Notes: generated by a model from the sequence alone, not told the origin. A DNA stretch of 64,000 nucleotides from Octopus sinensis (GCF_006345805.1 NC_043000.1:93124001-93188000), one strand, 5' to 3'; counted from the first letter of the stretch, positions 11,153 through 24,600 are shown. Numbers and translations: made by a program.

Positions 11153-12099
11153 TTCACTATATATATGTGTGTGCATGCATGTGTGTGTGTGTGTGTGCAT
11201 TCACAGATGGGTGGAATAAAGAAATCTCTTTCAGTAGACATTTGCAACTTGAAGGACATCTGACCATAAAATCCTGCTTCAGACAACTCTTTGTTCTAAC
11301 CCGTACAAACAGGGGAAAATAGATGTTAAAGTATGGATAAACAAACGAGCAAGACATAGTGCTGAAAAAAAAAATTTTTTAATTGATGGTAGGTTATGAT
11401 ACAAAAGATAGGATTGGTAAATTATAGGTAAACAATCAAACAGGGAAGAGATGAAAAACAAGGTTGAACCTGGAAGGATTTGAACTCCAAACTAGTTACA
11501 GTACAGTAAGGACAACAACCCTAAATATTTCAGCCTGTCTTCATCAGCCTTATAAAACAATAACAAAAAACAAAAATCACTATGCAGATCCTTTTTTTTT
11601 TTTACATAGTAAGAGAAGTATATATTTTTTTACGGGTGGGACTTGTGTGTATATATGTATATGTATAAAGAATGCATATATGTGTGTGTGTGTGTGTGTA
11701 TGTATATGTATGAGTGTAACCCCTTTCACTCTCTCTCTCTCTCTCTTTATAATAAAAAATGAAATTTAAACACAATCTTAGTTGCTAGCGATAAAAACAC
11801 AACAAAGTAACAACAGTAGATGTACAACCTGTTATATAATAATAATAATAATAATAGTAATAATAATAATAATGATAGTAACTGTTGTAGTAGTAGCAGT
11901 AGTAGTAACAATAATGTTTTGTTATTTTTATATATTATTCTTCATCATTTATTATTTGGCCTATGAAAGTTTACAACCAGATTTTCCTATAATGGCTTTG
12001 TGTGTATTTTGCTTTATTATTATTATTTTGTTTTTTTGGAGGGGTGATTATTGTGTATATTTCTTTGACGAAGTATCTGTTTGTTACATTACATAGACA

Positions 12100-12121
12100 T
12101 ACCAGTATATATATATATTAT

Positions 12122-12193
<72 letters not shown>

Positions 12194-12298
12194 TGTATGT
12201 ACATCTACATTTCTCTATGTACATATAAATGCATGTGTATCTATATACATGTGTGGGTGGATGTATACAGGAAACATTTGCATATGTGTGTGTATATT

Positions 12299-12329
<31 letters not shown>

Positions 12330-12500
12330 ATATATGCATATCTATATATACAATTATGTTTATATAGATATATGAATAAACATATGTAAATATATTATAT
12401 ATATATATATTGCATATATATATATATATAAATATATTTTATATATATATATATGTGTACACATACACATAAACATATGTATATATCATCTATGTATATA
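12100..12500. repeat. (TA)n/(TATG)n/(TG)n microsatellite block
   Basis: Directly visible. Confidence 0.95.
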
Positions 12501-13127
12501 TATGTTTTTAAATTCTTCTGGGGGAGTTCTTTTTATGTTTAATTTCAAACATTAAGCTTCGTTGCTTGGTGATATAATGTTGTTTATTTCATTACTGTTG
12601 TTGTTGTTGTTTTATGAAGGGGTGTGTGTTACTTAACGTTTTGTTTAAAATTTCTTTTATTTATTTTTGTTTCTTTTTCTTTGTTTTTCTCTATAATTTT
12701 TTTTCCTTTTTCCAGTCTTCTTCATTTTTTTTCCATCATTTTTTGTTTTTGTTTTTTAGTTTATAGCTAAGATCTCTTTCTCTTAGATGTGGAAAACTGG
12801 TAAACATTAACTGTCTACAAATTTTTTTTTCTTTCATTTGAAATACTGCCACATTATCACCCCTTGTGTTATTTTTTTACGTCTTTTATTTATTTTTTTT
12901 CCATTTTTTTTAATATTATTTCTTTTGTTTGTTTGGTTACTTGTTTTACTTAGTAATGGTAGAACTTTGTCTATGAGAAGAAGAAAGACCACTCTGGGAC
13001 GAGAGAGATAGAAGGAAAGAGAGAGAGAGAGAACAAGTGAGAGACAAAGGAAACAGGAAGGGGATACATCAGCTTAAAGTCTGATGGACAAAGTGACTGA
13101 CTTGTTTAGAGTGACAGAGGGCTTAAC

Positions 13128-13129
<2 letters not shown>

Positions 13130-13167
<38 letters not shown>

Positions 13168-13306
13168 GTGTGTGTGTGGGTATACACACACATATATATA
13201 CACATACACACATATATATGTGTATGCATATATATACTATATGCATATGTAAGCATACACATTTATCTCTTTCTCTCTCTCTCCCCCATATATATATATA
13301 TGTATA

Positions 13307-13363
<57 letters not shown>

Positions 13364-13365
13364 TA
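13130..13365. repeat. (TA)n/(CA)n microsatellite block
   Basis: Directly visible. Confidence 0.95.
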
Positions 13366-14534
13366 TAAGCTTAGTATATAGACTATATATGTATGTCTAT
13401 ACATGTGTGTTATTTTATATATTGTGCATCTATCTGTGTGCATGGTACGATCAACAAATAATTTAACAAAAGGAAATATAAAAATGAAAAAAAAAATTAA
13501 GGAATTTAAAGAAAAGGTAATAACCGTTTCGCCTTCTATGAAAGACTTTCCAATGTAGATTATTGGCAAGTCTACTTGCATGTTCTCAAAAATTAAAGCT
13601 TGATGATGATGATGATGATGACAATGACAGTAATAAGAATAATGAACATCAGAGCATATTTTGCAGGTAAAATAGCCACTGCAATCATCAGTAAAGATCA
13701 TAAGTACCGTGATATGCTTCTGCACATAACACAAACATATATACACATATGCATAGATACACACATACATGTATACACAAAAGCATATACATACATACAT
13801 ATATACATACATACATACATACATAAATACATACATATATGTATAATGCATACATTCATAAATACATATATACTTATATGCTATATCAAAGCCCCTTAGA
13901 ACATCATGTAAAACAACGCAAAAAAAATGAACAACTAGAAGGGAAAAAGTAATATATTTATGTATGTATGTGTGTGTTTGTATATAAGTGTGTGCATGTG
14001 TGTGCACATATACATACATGCACACACACAGACACACACACACATGCATATATAATTATGTGTGTGTGTGTGTGTGTGAAGAAAGGAAACATGAAGGAAG
14101 TGATAGAATTCAAAAAGGGTAACAAAGCAGGGAAAGAAATAGGGTTCTTAGTGAAAATGAAATTTGACTTTGTTTCAGATTAACCATTGATAGGAATGAG
14201 AAAATTTACACATACATATATAATATACACTTGCACATACACACTTATACATACATAAACAAACACACACACACATACATATGCCAATTCATGCATATTT
14301 ATACTTATCTATTGGTATACACATATACACTTAACAATCACATATACGTGAAAATGTGCATAAGATTATGCAAAGGGCTTATGAAGATTTACACATAATA
14401 TATTGGTGCTGTTCCAAGCCACTACATCACTAAATTTCATGCAAGAACACTGAAATGTTTATTATTATTATTGTTATGCATATATACAAGCTTGCTTACA
14501 TATATACATGCATATATCAGTGTTTATGAGTAAA

Positions 14535-14549
14535 ATTAAGTAAATATAA

Positions 14550-14619
<70 letters not shown>

Positions 14620-14860
14620 GTTATAGGAGACACAAGCACTTTCACAGATATGTATACACATGACTGAAACTTCCACCTACCAAATTCAATACATATATAT
14701 ATATACACACATAAATATATATGCATATATATATATATATATACATATATATATAAATATACAAACACACATAAAAATATATATATATATATATAAATAC
14801 ATGCATATATATATATATATATATATACACATACATTCATACATGTATGCATATATCTGA
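14535..14860. repeat. (CA)n/(TA)n microsatellite block
   Basis: Directly visible. Confidence 0.95.
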
Positions 14861-15427
14861 AAATGTGAGGTCTCATAATAGCTTTAATGTAGACTTGGAA
14901 TCATTCTTCTTTAATATGAAAGCTCCCGAAACTTAGATACAAAATGGTAAGAGGCAGAGATGTGGTGGACGATGAGAGGCAAACACTGAGAAAAGGTCTG
15001 GGTGAGGGAAATACAGTGCTTTTATTCAGCATAGCAAAAAAACAAAACAAAACAAAAAGGAAAGAAATAAGCCCCATGATCTCCTGTAGAATAAACGAAA
15101 GCAAAAGGTAATAAAAAAAATTATCACCATTACTATCAGCATTGGCCCACCCGAGAGGTGGTTGTAGTAATAGTCATGGCAATAATGGTGGTGATGATGA
15201 TTTTGGTAGAGGAGGTAAGAAGAGATATATGACTGACAAGTGATCAAACACTGGAATTTAAAAAATAATACATTTATATACATACATACATACATAAATA
15301 CACACATATATACATACATACATACATACATACATACATACATACATACATACATACATACATACATACGTGTATATATATATATATACATGTGTGTGTG
15401 TATAAATATATATATATTGATATACCC

Positions 15428-15505
15428 ATGTATATATTGATATCCGTCCAACCCATGCTAGCATGGAAAACGGACGCTAAACGATGATGATGATGATGAT
15501 GATGA
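15428..15505 (+). mobile_element. SINE family C, 3' tail
   Basis: ccaacccatgctagcatggaaaacggacgctaaacgatgatgatg. Confidence 0.8.
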
Positions 15506-16149
15506 TAGATAGGTAGATAGCTAGATATACACATACTTTGTGTTTGAAATTTATTTTCTTGTCAGTAAAACACACACAAATATATATGTGTGTGTATATA
15601 TGTATGTATATGTATAAAGAATGTAATACACAAAGAGAACTAAAGCTGAATATCCTAACATAGATGCACAAACAAATTGGCATATATATATATATATATA
15701 CATATGCAAAAACACACACATACATTGTATGTATATATATGTATATGTGTGTGTGTGTGTGCGTTTGTAGATATGTGTATATATATGTACATAAATACAT
15801 ACATACATATATATGTTTGCGTGTACGTATGTATATAAAATAATTTAAATGCAAAAATAAAATAACAAAATCCTAACAATAACGAAACGAATCTTAAAAA
15901 GACCTAATAAAACTTGCATATAAAATGAAAAAAAATATCCAAAACACAAACAAAAAAATATTAAAAGTGATATTAACTCCCTAGAGATCAGACATTTAAG
16001 ACCCTTATGCTGATCAAGATGTCAAGCAAAAATAATTAATTGAAGTTCATAATGAACCAGTAACGAGGAGGGGGAAAGGCTTTCGTTTTGTGTTTAAGTG
16101 TGCATCATAGTTTACGTATATGCGTATACAGCTATGTGTATATAAATGG

Positions 16150-16186
<37 letters not shown>

Positions 16187-16189
16187 ATA

Positions 16190-16559
16190 TTATATATATA
16201 TATATTTATATTTATATATATGTGTGTATGTATGTGTTTTTTCATATATATGTGCATAGGTGCATTTATCAGTGTACCCGTTTATGTATGTGTGTGAATG
16301 TGTATGTTAGCATGTGTATCTATATGTATATATGAGTGGAGTCAAGTTGAGTGAGTCTGTGCAAAATGTGTGTGTGTGTGTGTGTGCCATACTCCAAATA
16401 GTTTTATTTTTATATTTATTTTTGTTGCTCAACTTTCCTTGATAACTTGCCAAATATATGCCAAAATACTCACTCTTTACCTTAAAAGAAGGTAATACAT
16501 GTGTGCATATGTATGTACGTGTGTGTGTATATATATAAATGCTTGTGTGTATCTGAGTG

Positions 16560-16598
<39 letters not shown>

Positions 16599-16959
16599 TA
16601 TATTTATATTTATATATATGTGTGTATGTATGTGTTTTTTCATATATATGTGCATAGGTGCATTTATCAGTGTACCCGTTTATGTATGTGTGTGAATGTG
16701 TATGTTAGCATGTGTATCTATATGTATATATGAGTGGAGTCAAGTTGAGTGAGTCTGTGCAAAATGTGTGTGTGTGTGTGTGTGTGCCATACTCCAAATA
16801 GTTTTATTTTTATATTTATTTTTGTTGCTCAACTTTCCTTGATAACTTGCCAAATATATGCCAAAATACTCACTCTTTACCTTAAAAGAAGGTAATACAT
16901 GTGTGCATATGTATGTACGTGTGTGTGTATATATATAAATGCTTGTGTGTATCTGAGTG

Positions 16960-16995
<36 letters not shown>
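16190..16995. repeat. Near-perfect ~400-bp tandem duplication
   Basis: 16201 matches ~16599 and 16501 matches 16901; visible differences lie in TG/TA tract lengths. Confidence 0.92.
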
Positions 16996-17015
<20 letters not shown>

Positions 17016-17758
17016 CACACATATATATTTACACACATATTGATGTATACATATACACACATACAAAGATATATGTAAAATATATGTAACTTTTATATCA
17101 ATAAATAAAAGTTTCTAAAACAAAGGTAACAAAAAATAAAACAAAATTAACAATAAACATGTATGCACACATACACACACAGATGCACAGACGATTACAC
17201 ACACACACACACACACACGCGCGCGCACACACATGCTACTATACAATACATACATAGAAATTTCAGAATAAAAATGAAAAATAAGTATATGAAAATTTAT
17301 GGATATTAAAAATTAATTAACTCATGTTTTATTATTGTTGTTGTCGTTGTTGTTGTTGTTGTTATCATTATTGTTTTTTTTTTGTTGATTTTGTTTCATT
17401 TCTCCAATATATTTATTTTACATTTCATTTTAATGGCTTATAAGAGTAATAAATTTGTTAAGTTTAAAATGTTATTTGGCTTTTAACATTAAATGTTAAA
17501 TGCTTGTTTAACTGAAAGAAATCTATAAATTAAATGAATAATAATAATTATTTTTTTTTTAAAAGAAGCCTAAATAAAAATATAAGGTTGCTTTACATTG
17601 TATTTTTTAAATTTGCTTTTTGCTTTATTTTAAATTTTAAAAAAATCAGGAATTTTATGCCTCTTTTGCACATGGTTTTCATCTTTTCACAAGTATTTTT
17701 TCCCCACATGCTAAACTCATGAATGTGATTTGATTTTTCAAACTTTCAATTCTTACAC

Positions 17759-17956
17759 ATGAGGTGATGCTGAAAAGTTCCTGGCTTTAGGTAACAGAAA
17801 ATACAGGCGGATCTGTTAATTATGATTTTATAGATCACATCCCTTTTCGGTTTTTCAAAGCCCTGTAAAAGAGCTCAGAAGTCTGGGCCTTCAACCAGGC
17901 CTTTTGTGATACCCTTAAGGGTATCACAAAACGGAACTTTTCATTACCCATTTGTA
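17759..17956. mobile_element. Mariner-derived MITE
   Basis: Imperfect TIRs gaggtgatgctgaaaagttcctgg / cggaacttttcattaccc; related to 23612-23836. Confidence 0.7.
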
Positions 17957-17994
17957 TGTGTGTATATATATGTATATATATAAAAGCACCATTT

Positions 17995-18655
17995 GAGCAT
18001 GATTGTTACCAGTGTTGTTACTTGCTGGCACTAGTGCCGGTGTGCAGGTGACACATAAAAAACAAAAAACACGATTTTTTTGTGGCCGTTGCCAGTACCA
18101 CCTGACTGGCTCCCGTGCTGGTGGCACGTAAAAGCACCCACAACACTCTCAGAGTGGTTGGCGTTAGGAAGGGCATCCAGCTGTAGAAACTCTGCCAAAT
18201 CAAGATTGGAGCCTGGTGCAGCCATCTGGTTCACCAGTCCTCAGTCATGGAAAGCTGACATTAAACGATGATGATGTATTGCTGATGTATTGTGCTTGAG
18301 AAAACCATCAAGCCAAGTGAAATCGTAGTTGTGACCGATGCTGGTGTCAGTTGGTATGTAAAAAGTACCTTTCAAGCACTGGACCTCATGGAATCAAGGT
18401 GGCCTATGCTGGTGGTATGTGAAAAGCAACTTTTGAGTGTTGCACTTCATGGAGGCAATGATGAATGACTGAGACCTTTTGCATCATGTTGTGCTTGAGA
18501 AGAAGACCCACCAAGCCAAGTGAAATTGTAGTTGTGGCAGATACTGGTGTCACACAAACGGCAGCCATGCCAGTGGCACATAAAAGCACCCATTACACTC
18601 TTGGAGTGGTTGGCATTAGGAAGGGATATATAGAGAGATATATAGATAAACCAAC
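17995..18655 (+). mobile_element. Two SINE family C copies
   Basis: aaaagcacccaca...gagtggttggcgttaggaagggcatccagctgtagaaac; first copy ends taaacgatgatgatg. Confidence 0.8.
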
Positions 18656-18660
18656 GTGAG

Positions 18661-18699
<39 letters not shown>

Positions 18700-18701
<2 letters not shown>

Positions 18702-18858
18702 TGAGCTTCCACCCAATTTCTGTCCATCAAGTTCACTCACAAGGCATCAGTCATTCTGGAGCTATAGTATAAAATACTTGCCCAAGGTGTTGCACAGTGG
18801 GACTGAAACCGAAACCACATCATTGCAAAGCAAGCTTCTTAACCACACAGTCATGTCT
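18700..18858 (-). mobile_element. SINE family B, 5' half
   Basis: cttgcccaaggtg...gggactgaaacc...cttcttaaccacacag. Confidence 0.7.
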
Positions 18859-19119
18859 GCATCTAATGAAACAAATGTGTTTCTTTTGTTTTAAACCTTG
18901 TAGTTTTTTGTCTTTTTTCTTTCTGATTTTACCTTTTTAATGAGGTTCAGTTCCAGCACAAGTCAGTTTTCTGGAGAGAAATGGTTCCTGGAAAGCAGCT
19001 CTTCTATAGCAAGAAATCTCTTCAGCTCTGGCCTCTTCTTTCACATTTTATCACCTCATCTCGAATAAATCATGCCCACTCTCTCACCTCATATGTTGCA
19101 TGGCAACATCACAAGCAGT

Positions 19120-19372
19120 GGAGGCATGTGGCTTTGTGGTAAGAGTGTTGGACTCAAGATCATAATATTGTGGTTTCAATTCCTGGACAGGCCAACACAT
19201 TGTGTTCTTGAGCAAAACACTTCATTTTTATGTTACTCCCATCCACTCAACAGGCAAAGATGAGTAATCCTGCAATGGACTTGCATTCCATCCAGGTGGG
19301 GAATATATATATATATCCGCTATGAAACTAGGAAACCGGCCATGATGAGTTAGTATGACTCGAGAAGGTAAC
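19120..19372 (+). mobile_element. SINE family E
   Basis: gcatgtggctttgtggtaagagtgttggactc...ttcttgagcaaaacacttc...gactcgagaagg. Confidence 0.8.
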
Positions 19373-20084
19373 ATTATTTTTAACATCACAAGTACTGGTG
19401 ACCCCATAAAAAAGCACTCTGTGCACTTCTGTACATGCTGTTAAGCAGTTGGTGCTAAGAGGAAAATCTAACCATAGACATAGATATCATGCCACCATCG
19501 AATCCTGTCAGGCCACTTGATTCATGTCAGCATGGAACATGGATGTTTAAATAATGATGATGTTAAATAATGGTGGTGGTAGTGGTGATGACGATGACAA
19601 CAATGATGACGATGATGATGATGACAATGATGATGTCAATGACGAGGAGCAGGAGGAGAGGATGATGATAATTGTATTTCATTTTAATTTGGACAACAAT
19701 AGTCAGGCAGTGAAAACTGTTTGAACATATTGAGGATTCAGACCCTTTGTGTCTGAATCCCCTAATTGCTGGTTTGAAAGAAAACAAGGCTAATGGTTAG
19801 CAAGAACTAAGATAAAACTAAGTTGATATGAAAAGAATTGACAGGAAGCAACTTGGCAGATTGTTCCACAACTGCAAAAGGACCACAATATGTAACAAGG
19901 AGTGGTGGTTGAGTCTGATGCCCTTCAACAATCCTCAGTCATGACTGAGGGTTGCCAAAGCATATTCCTTCATTCACTGAAGGGTTTATCTTTATATTGT
20001 GCTTTGTGGAAAAATAATAAGGTTGTACTGGTTTTCCAGAACCTCTTTTAGTTATTGTAGACACATGACTATATTTCATATTTC

Positions 20085-20310
20085 TTTATTGTCCACAAAG
20101 GGCTAAACATATAGGGGACAAACAAGGACAGACAAAGGGATTAAGTCGATTACAACGACTCCAGTGTGTAACTGGTACTTAATTTATCGACCCCGAAAGG
20201 ATGAACGGTAAAGTCGACCTCGACAGAATTTGAACTCATAACGTAACAGCAGATGAAATACCACTAAGCATTTCACCCGGCATGCTAACATTTCTGCCAG
20301 CTCGCCGCCT
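20085..20310 (-). mobile_element. SINE family A, full length
   Basis: tatttctttattgtccacaaaggg...ctgccagctcgccgcct. Confidence 0.9.
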
Positions 20311-20689
20311 GACCATATTCAATTAATCAAATTTTTATCTAAATCAACATTTATCTTATGTTTATTTCACTCCTAGAAACTGGATCAAAATTCATGTTCT
20401 TATTAGTAATGTCGATGCCCTGCAGCTAATCTGTACCAGTCAAGCCTTCCTCATGACACCCATCCCTCCTGTACTCCTCTAACTACGGCACTTTCCTTCA
20501 GTTGCTGTAATTTGTATAAGAGCAGAACTGCATGTATTTCATTCACCCCTTTTGAATTACCAGATATGTCCCTCTCTATGGAACCACACCCCTTTGCTCT
20601 TAATACTACACCCTAACATCATCCCTTACCCTTTTATTTCCACTGAAAGGCCCTTACCCTGAAAATCCTCTCATATCTGCCATCGATGC

Positions 20690-20905
20690 ACCATGGTAGG
20701 TGCATGCATTGTGCTCTTAAGCAAAACACTTCACTTCACATTGCTGCTCCAGTCCACTCAGCATTAAAGGAGTGACTCTGCAATAGACTAGTATCCTGTA
20801 CAGGGAGAATATCATAATCCCGTTCACTTATGTGCCATAGGCCTGTTCACCTAGCCAGCAATGTAGCATCATTTGAAACCTACAGCAACAATAAAAAGAA
20901 GCGCA
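20690..20905 (+). mobile_element. SINE family E, degenerate
   Basis: tgtgctcttaagcaaaacacttcacttcacattgc...ccagtccactcagc. Confidence 0.7.
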
Positions 20906-21504
20906 TCACTGCCTGACTATTGTTGTCCAAATAAAGTGAAATATAGTTATCTTTCTCCTCCTCCTTCTCCCCCTCCTTTTCCAGTAGTGTATAATAACAT
21001 CCGATAGTCTGTTTAGTACAGCAATACAATGATTATTATTACTATTACGTTTTGGATATCATATTTATATTTTTCTTCTTATTTTTCTATTTTCCTTCTC
21101 CATCTATACACTCATCTATCTAACTATCTATCCAGACAAGTAAAACGAACACTTCTCAAGAGAATGGATTACATAAGCGATACAATGGCTTCTCTCCAAT
21201 TATCGGCAAAACATAAACCATTTCAATCCATTTGTATTTTCCTTAATTTCTTTCTCTTTGTTTTTATCTCGTTTTTATCTCTTTTTTTTGTTATTTGTTC
21301 TTAGTGTTTTTTCATCCATTTTTTTTTATTGGGATGATGTAGATAGATTAATATATATCAAGAAACTTAATCTATTAAAATAAGTAAAGTATTGAAAATT
21401 GAAGATAAATCTGTCCTTCAAACAGCCACCTCTATTCCATCGTTTTCAAAAAATGTCTTACTATGGATTCATGTCTACAGAGGTATTTAATATTTTGAAC
21501 ATTG

Positions 21505-21920
21505 GGTGATATGCTGTGGTTGAGAACTCTCATCAAGCCAAGTGAAATCGTAGTTGTGGCTCATTCCAGTGCCGTGTGACAGACACCTGTGCTGGTAGCA
21601 TGAAAATTTGGGCCTCATGGAGGCATTGACAAGTGACCGAGACCTTTGGTGATATACCATGCTTGAGAAGACTCCTCAAGCCAAGTGAGATTATAATCGT
21701 GGCTAATGCCAATGTCACACAGCTGGCATCCATGCAAGTGGCATATAAAAAGCACCCACTACACACTTGGAGTGGTTGGTGATAGGAATCGCATCCAGCC
21801 ACAGAAACAATGCCAAATCAGAACCTGGTGCAGCTCCCCAGCTTACCATTTTTCAATCAAACCATCTAATCCATGCCAGCATGGAAAACAGACGTTAAAT
21901 GATGATGATGATGATGATGA
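21505..21920 (+). mobile_element. SINE family C
   Basis: Ends ccatgccagcatggaaaacagacgttaaatgatgatgatg. Confidence 0.8.
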
Positions 21921-22370
21921 CATCTTGTTTTTATATTGTAGGGCCAGGTTCCAATCAATGAGCCAGAGGTGCTATAGAAAAAATGTCATTTGAATCGTAA
22001 TGCTCCTTGTAGTGTAAGAAGGAGGGCAATCTTCAGACTCCATAGATATTGTTGTTGTCTGAGACACCATAGAGGAACATCTCCATTTCTTTCCTTTCTT
22101 CATGATTCTTAGAGCCTCAATGACTACTGGAACTATTTTGGTCTTCATTTTCGGAATTTATTTTTCATTCTGTAAATTTAAAGTTCTTTAAATATGTTAT
22201 TATTCATATAATGTTGCTGTATGTATATATCAATTTATTCAATATCCAAAATAAAAGTGGAAAAAGAGGAACAAGGAAAGAAAAAGAAAGAAAAAACAAA
22301 CAAAAAAAGAAAAGAGGAACAAAACATCAGTGCAACACCAAGTGCCTCAAGTGGTTGCACACCACAAGGT

Positions 22371-22612
22371 TCAACAGAACCTACTGAAACAAGCCAACAT
22401 GCTTGCAGCATTACCACAGGCAATCGTGAGACTAAGGTGTTGGAGCAACCAAGCACCTACATGGGTATCACCTGTCACCTCGATAAGGCAAGCCACTAAC
22501 AGTGGCAAAAATCTTTGCAGTTAGTGGCCCATCCCCTCCAAACATCTTGAACATCACAGGCTGGAAGAGATACTTCACTGACAGATCCCGATTCTTCAGG
22601 ATTTTGTTTCAT
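22371..22612 (-). mobile_element. CRE-clade-like RLE retrotransposon C-terminal relic
   Basis: Minus-strand translation KNRDLSVKYLFQPVMFKMFGGDGPLTAKIF / EVTGDTHVGAWLLQHLSLTIACGNAASMLAC, resembling the CRE-type C-terminal motif QRLSLAIQRGNA. Confidence 0.65.
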
Positions 22613-22614
22613 TT

Positions 22615-23050
22615 AACTGTGTAGATTTTCAATCTGTAATTCTCTGTATTTAGTCAGCTTCTCTGTAACTCACATACAAGTATATCAATATTGATAAGTA
22701 TACACCTTCTATTCATCCTGTCTTAGATAACAATGTCAAGCTTGTTAGCTTTTATCTCTCAATCCATGTGAATGGGTATGTCCCACAGGATGGTAAAACT
22801 GTTGTTCTCAGTGATTATGTTTGTTTGAAAATTATACCAATATCCAGCCATCTTGTTCTCGTAATACCTGTATAATTTCCAGTGCTTGTTATACCAAGTA
22901 AAATACTCAGTCTTCACCAATTCTTGGCACCCAAAGACAACGTAGTCAATGACAACTTCGTACTTTCTACAGATCCAGCATTGTCTGTACCATCCTTGCC
23001 GATGAAATGATGGTAACAGGATATAGTTCTGAGATTCTATACTTGTGCAG
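22615..23050 (-). mobile_element. Old R4/Dong-type RLE retrotransposon relic (zinc knuckle + RLE)
   Basis: QCWICRKYEVVIDYVVFGCQEL...TILWDIPIHMD*EIKANKLDIVI...EKLTKYRELQIE; (TAC)n(TAA)n array at its 5' side. Confidence 0.8.
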
Positions 23051-23054
23051 TGAT

Positions 23055-23143
<89 letters not shown>

Positions 23144-23567
23144 TAATAATTCTGCTGCTACAGCTACTATCCTATGATGGTCAATATTTGCTTTATACAT
23201 ATGTGATTGTGTGTGTATATATACACACACACGCACATATATATATTTACCTATATACACTCACTCTCACAAGTATGTATATGTAAATACATACAAATAT
23301 ATATATATATATACATGCATACACATATATGTATGTATGTATATAACATCATTATCATTGTTATTACTCCCATAACTATTTATTTATATTAGATTTTGTT
23401 TTTGTTTTTTTCTTTTTGGAATTCTATTTTTGCTGCATTGAAGAAATTGATTGGAAACAGTGGTCAGAGTGAATCTGATCTGTCTCAAAACAATAGACAC
23501 TCAATCAGATTGAGAGGAACCATACCACTTTCCATGTGTTTTATACATACCACAGACACATGCCCAA

Positions 23568-23610
<43 letters not shown>

Positions 23611-23611
23611 T

Positions 23612-23836
23612 ATGAGGGGGTATTGAAAAGTTCCTGGTTTTAAGGGTATCATGAAATGCCTGGTTGAAGGCCCAACTTTCCGAGTTCTTTTCCAGGGCTT
23701 AGAAAAACTGAAGGACCACTGCAATTAAGCGTATAAATCTGAGAAGGGAATATGTTGAATAAAATCATAATTAACTGATCATCCCATATTTTCTTTTACC
23801 CAAAGCCAGGATACTTTTTCAGCACCCCACCCCCAT
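23612..23836. mobile_element. Mariner-derived MITE
   Basis: TIRs gggggtattgaaaagttcctgg / ccaggatactttttcagcacccc in TA context. Confidence 0.75.
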
Positions 23837-23844
23837 ATATGTAC

Positions 23845-23910
<66 letters not shown>

Positions 23911-24025
23911 TATGTCTATACATACACAATATGTGTAAATGTGTGCATGTGTGAGTGCTTGTATGTATGATACATATATGTATATATGTATATATACATA
24001 TATATACATATATATATATATATAT
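23845..24025. repeat. (TA)n microsatellite
   Basis: Directly visible. Confidence 0.95.
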
Positions 24026-24364
24026 GGTATTACAATGCACTAAGCTGTTTGTATTAATTTTTTAGTATGCGCATTAGTCTTTCGCTAAATCAGCCATAAA
24101 TATTTATGGTAAAATAAATATAATGGCAGAAGAGATTTGCCAAACCATCAACCATCTGAGCAGTCACTACTGATGATCCCTACAAAATAAGCGAAACTAG
24201 GCCTAATCGGATGATTCTAGAGACAGTCATGGGGTGGTTAACTCCCCTGTCTATGTATATGTATACTGTGGTCTTCTCACATTGAATTTTTTTAACTCTT
24301 ATTTCTAGCAGTCTAAGTGCTTTAGCACCTTTAGTCACACTTAGTGACAATTAAATTTTTCGTA

Positions 24365-24587
24365 TATTCTTTTCTTCTCTTACTTGTTTTAATCTTTTGC
24401 TGGAGCACTGCCATCAAAGAGTTTTAGTTGCAGAAATCGACCCCAGAACTTATTCTTTATAAGTCTAATGCATTCTATTGGTGTCTTTTGCTGAGCCGTT
24501 AAGTTACAGGAACACAAACACACCAGCATTATTAGTTAAGCAATGGGGGTTGGGAGCAAATACAGACACAAAGACACATACACATAA

Positions 24588-24600
<13 letters not shown>
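24365..24600 (-). mobile_element. SINE family B, 3' half
   Basis: tacttgtttt...gctggagcactgcc...aatcgaccccagaacttattc. Confidence 0.7.

Noticed and set aside
11520-11555. Minus-strand CTGATGA-AG...CT-GAAA
   Set aside because: Stem I is not complementary; chance match.
14901-15104. Strong minus-strand acceptor (ttctacag at 15084) leading into a 67-aa ORF
   Set aside because: T-rich low-complexity content, no donor and no recognisable protein; such acceptors arise by chance in T-rich DNA.
22221-22524. Plus-strand ORFs of 92 and 64 aa
   Set aside because: Better explained as antisense to the CRE-like relic.
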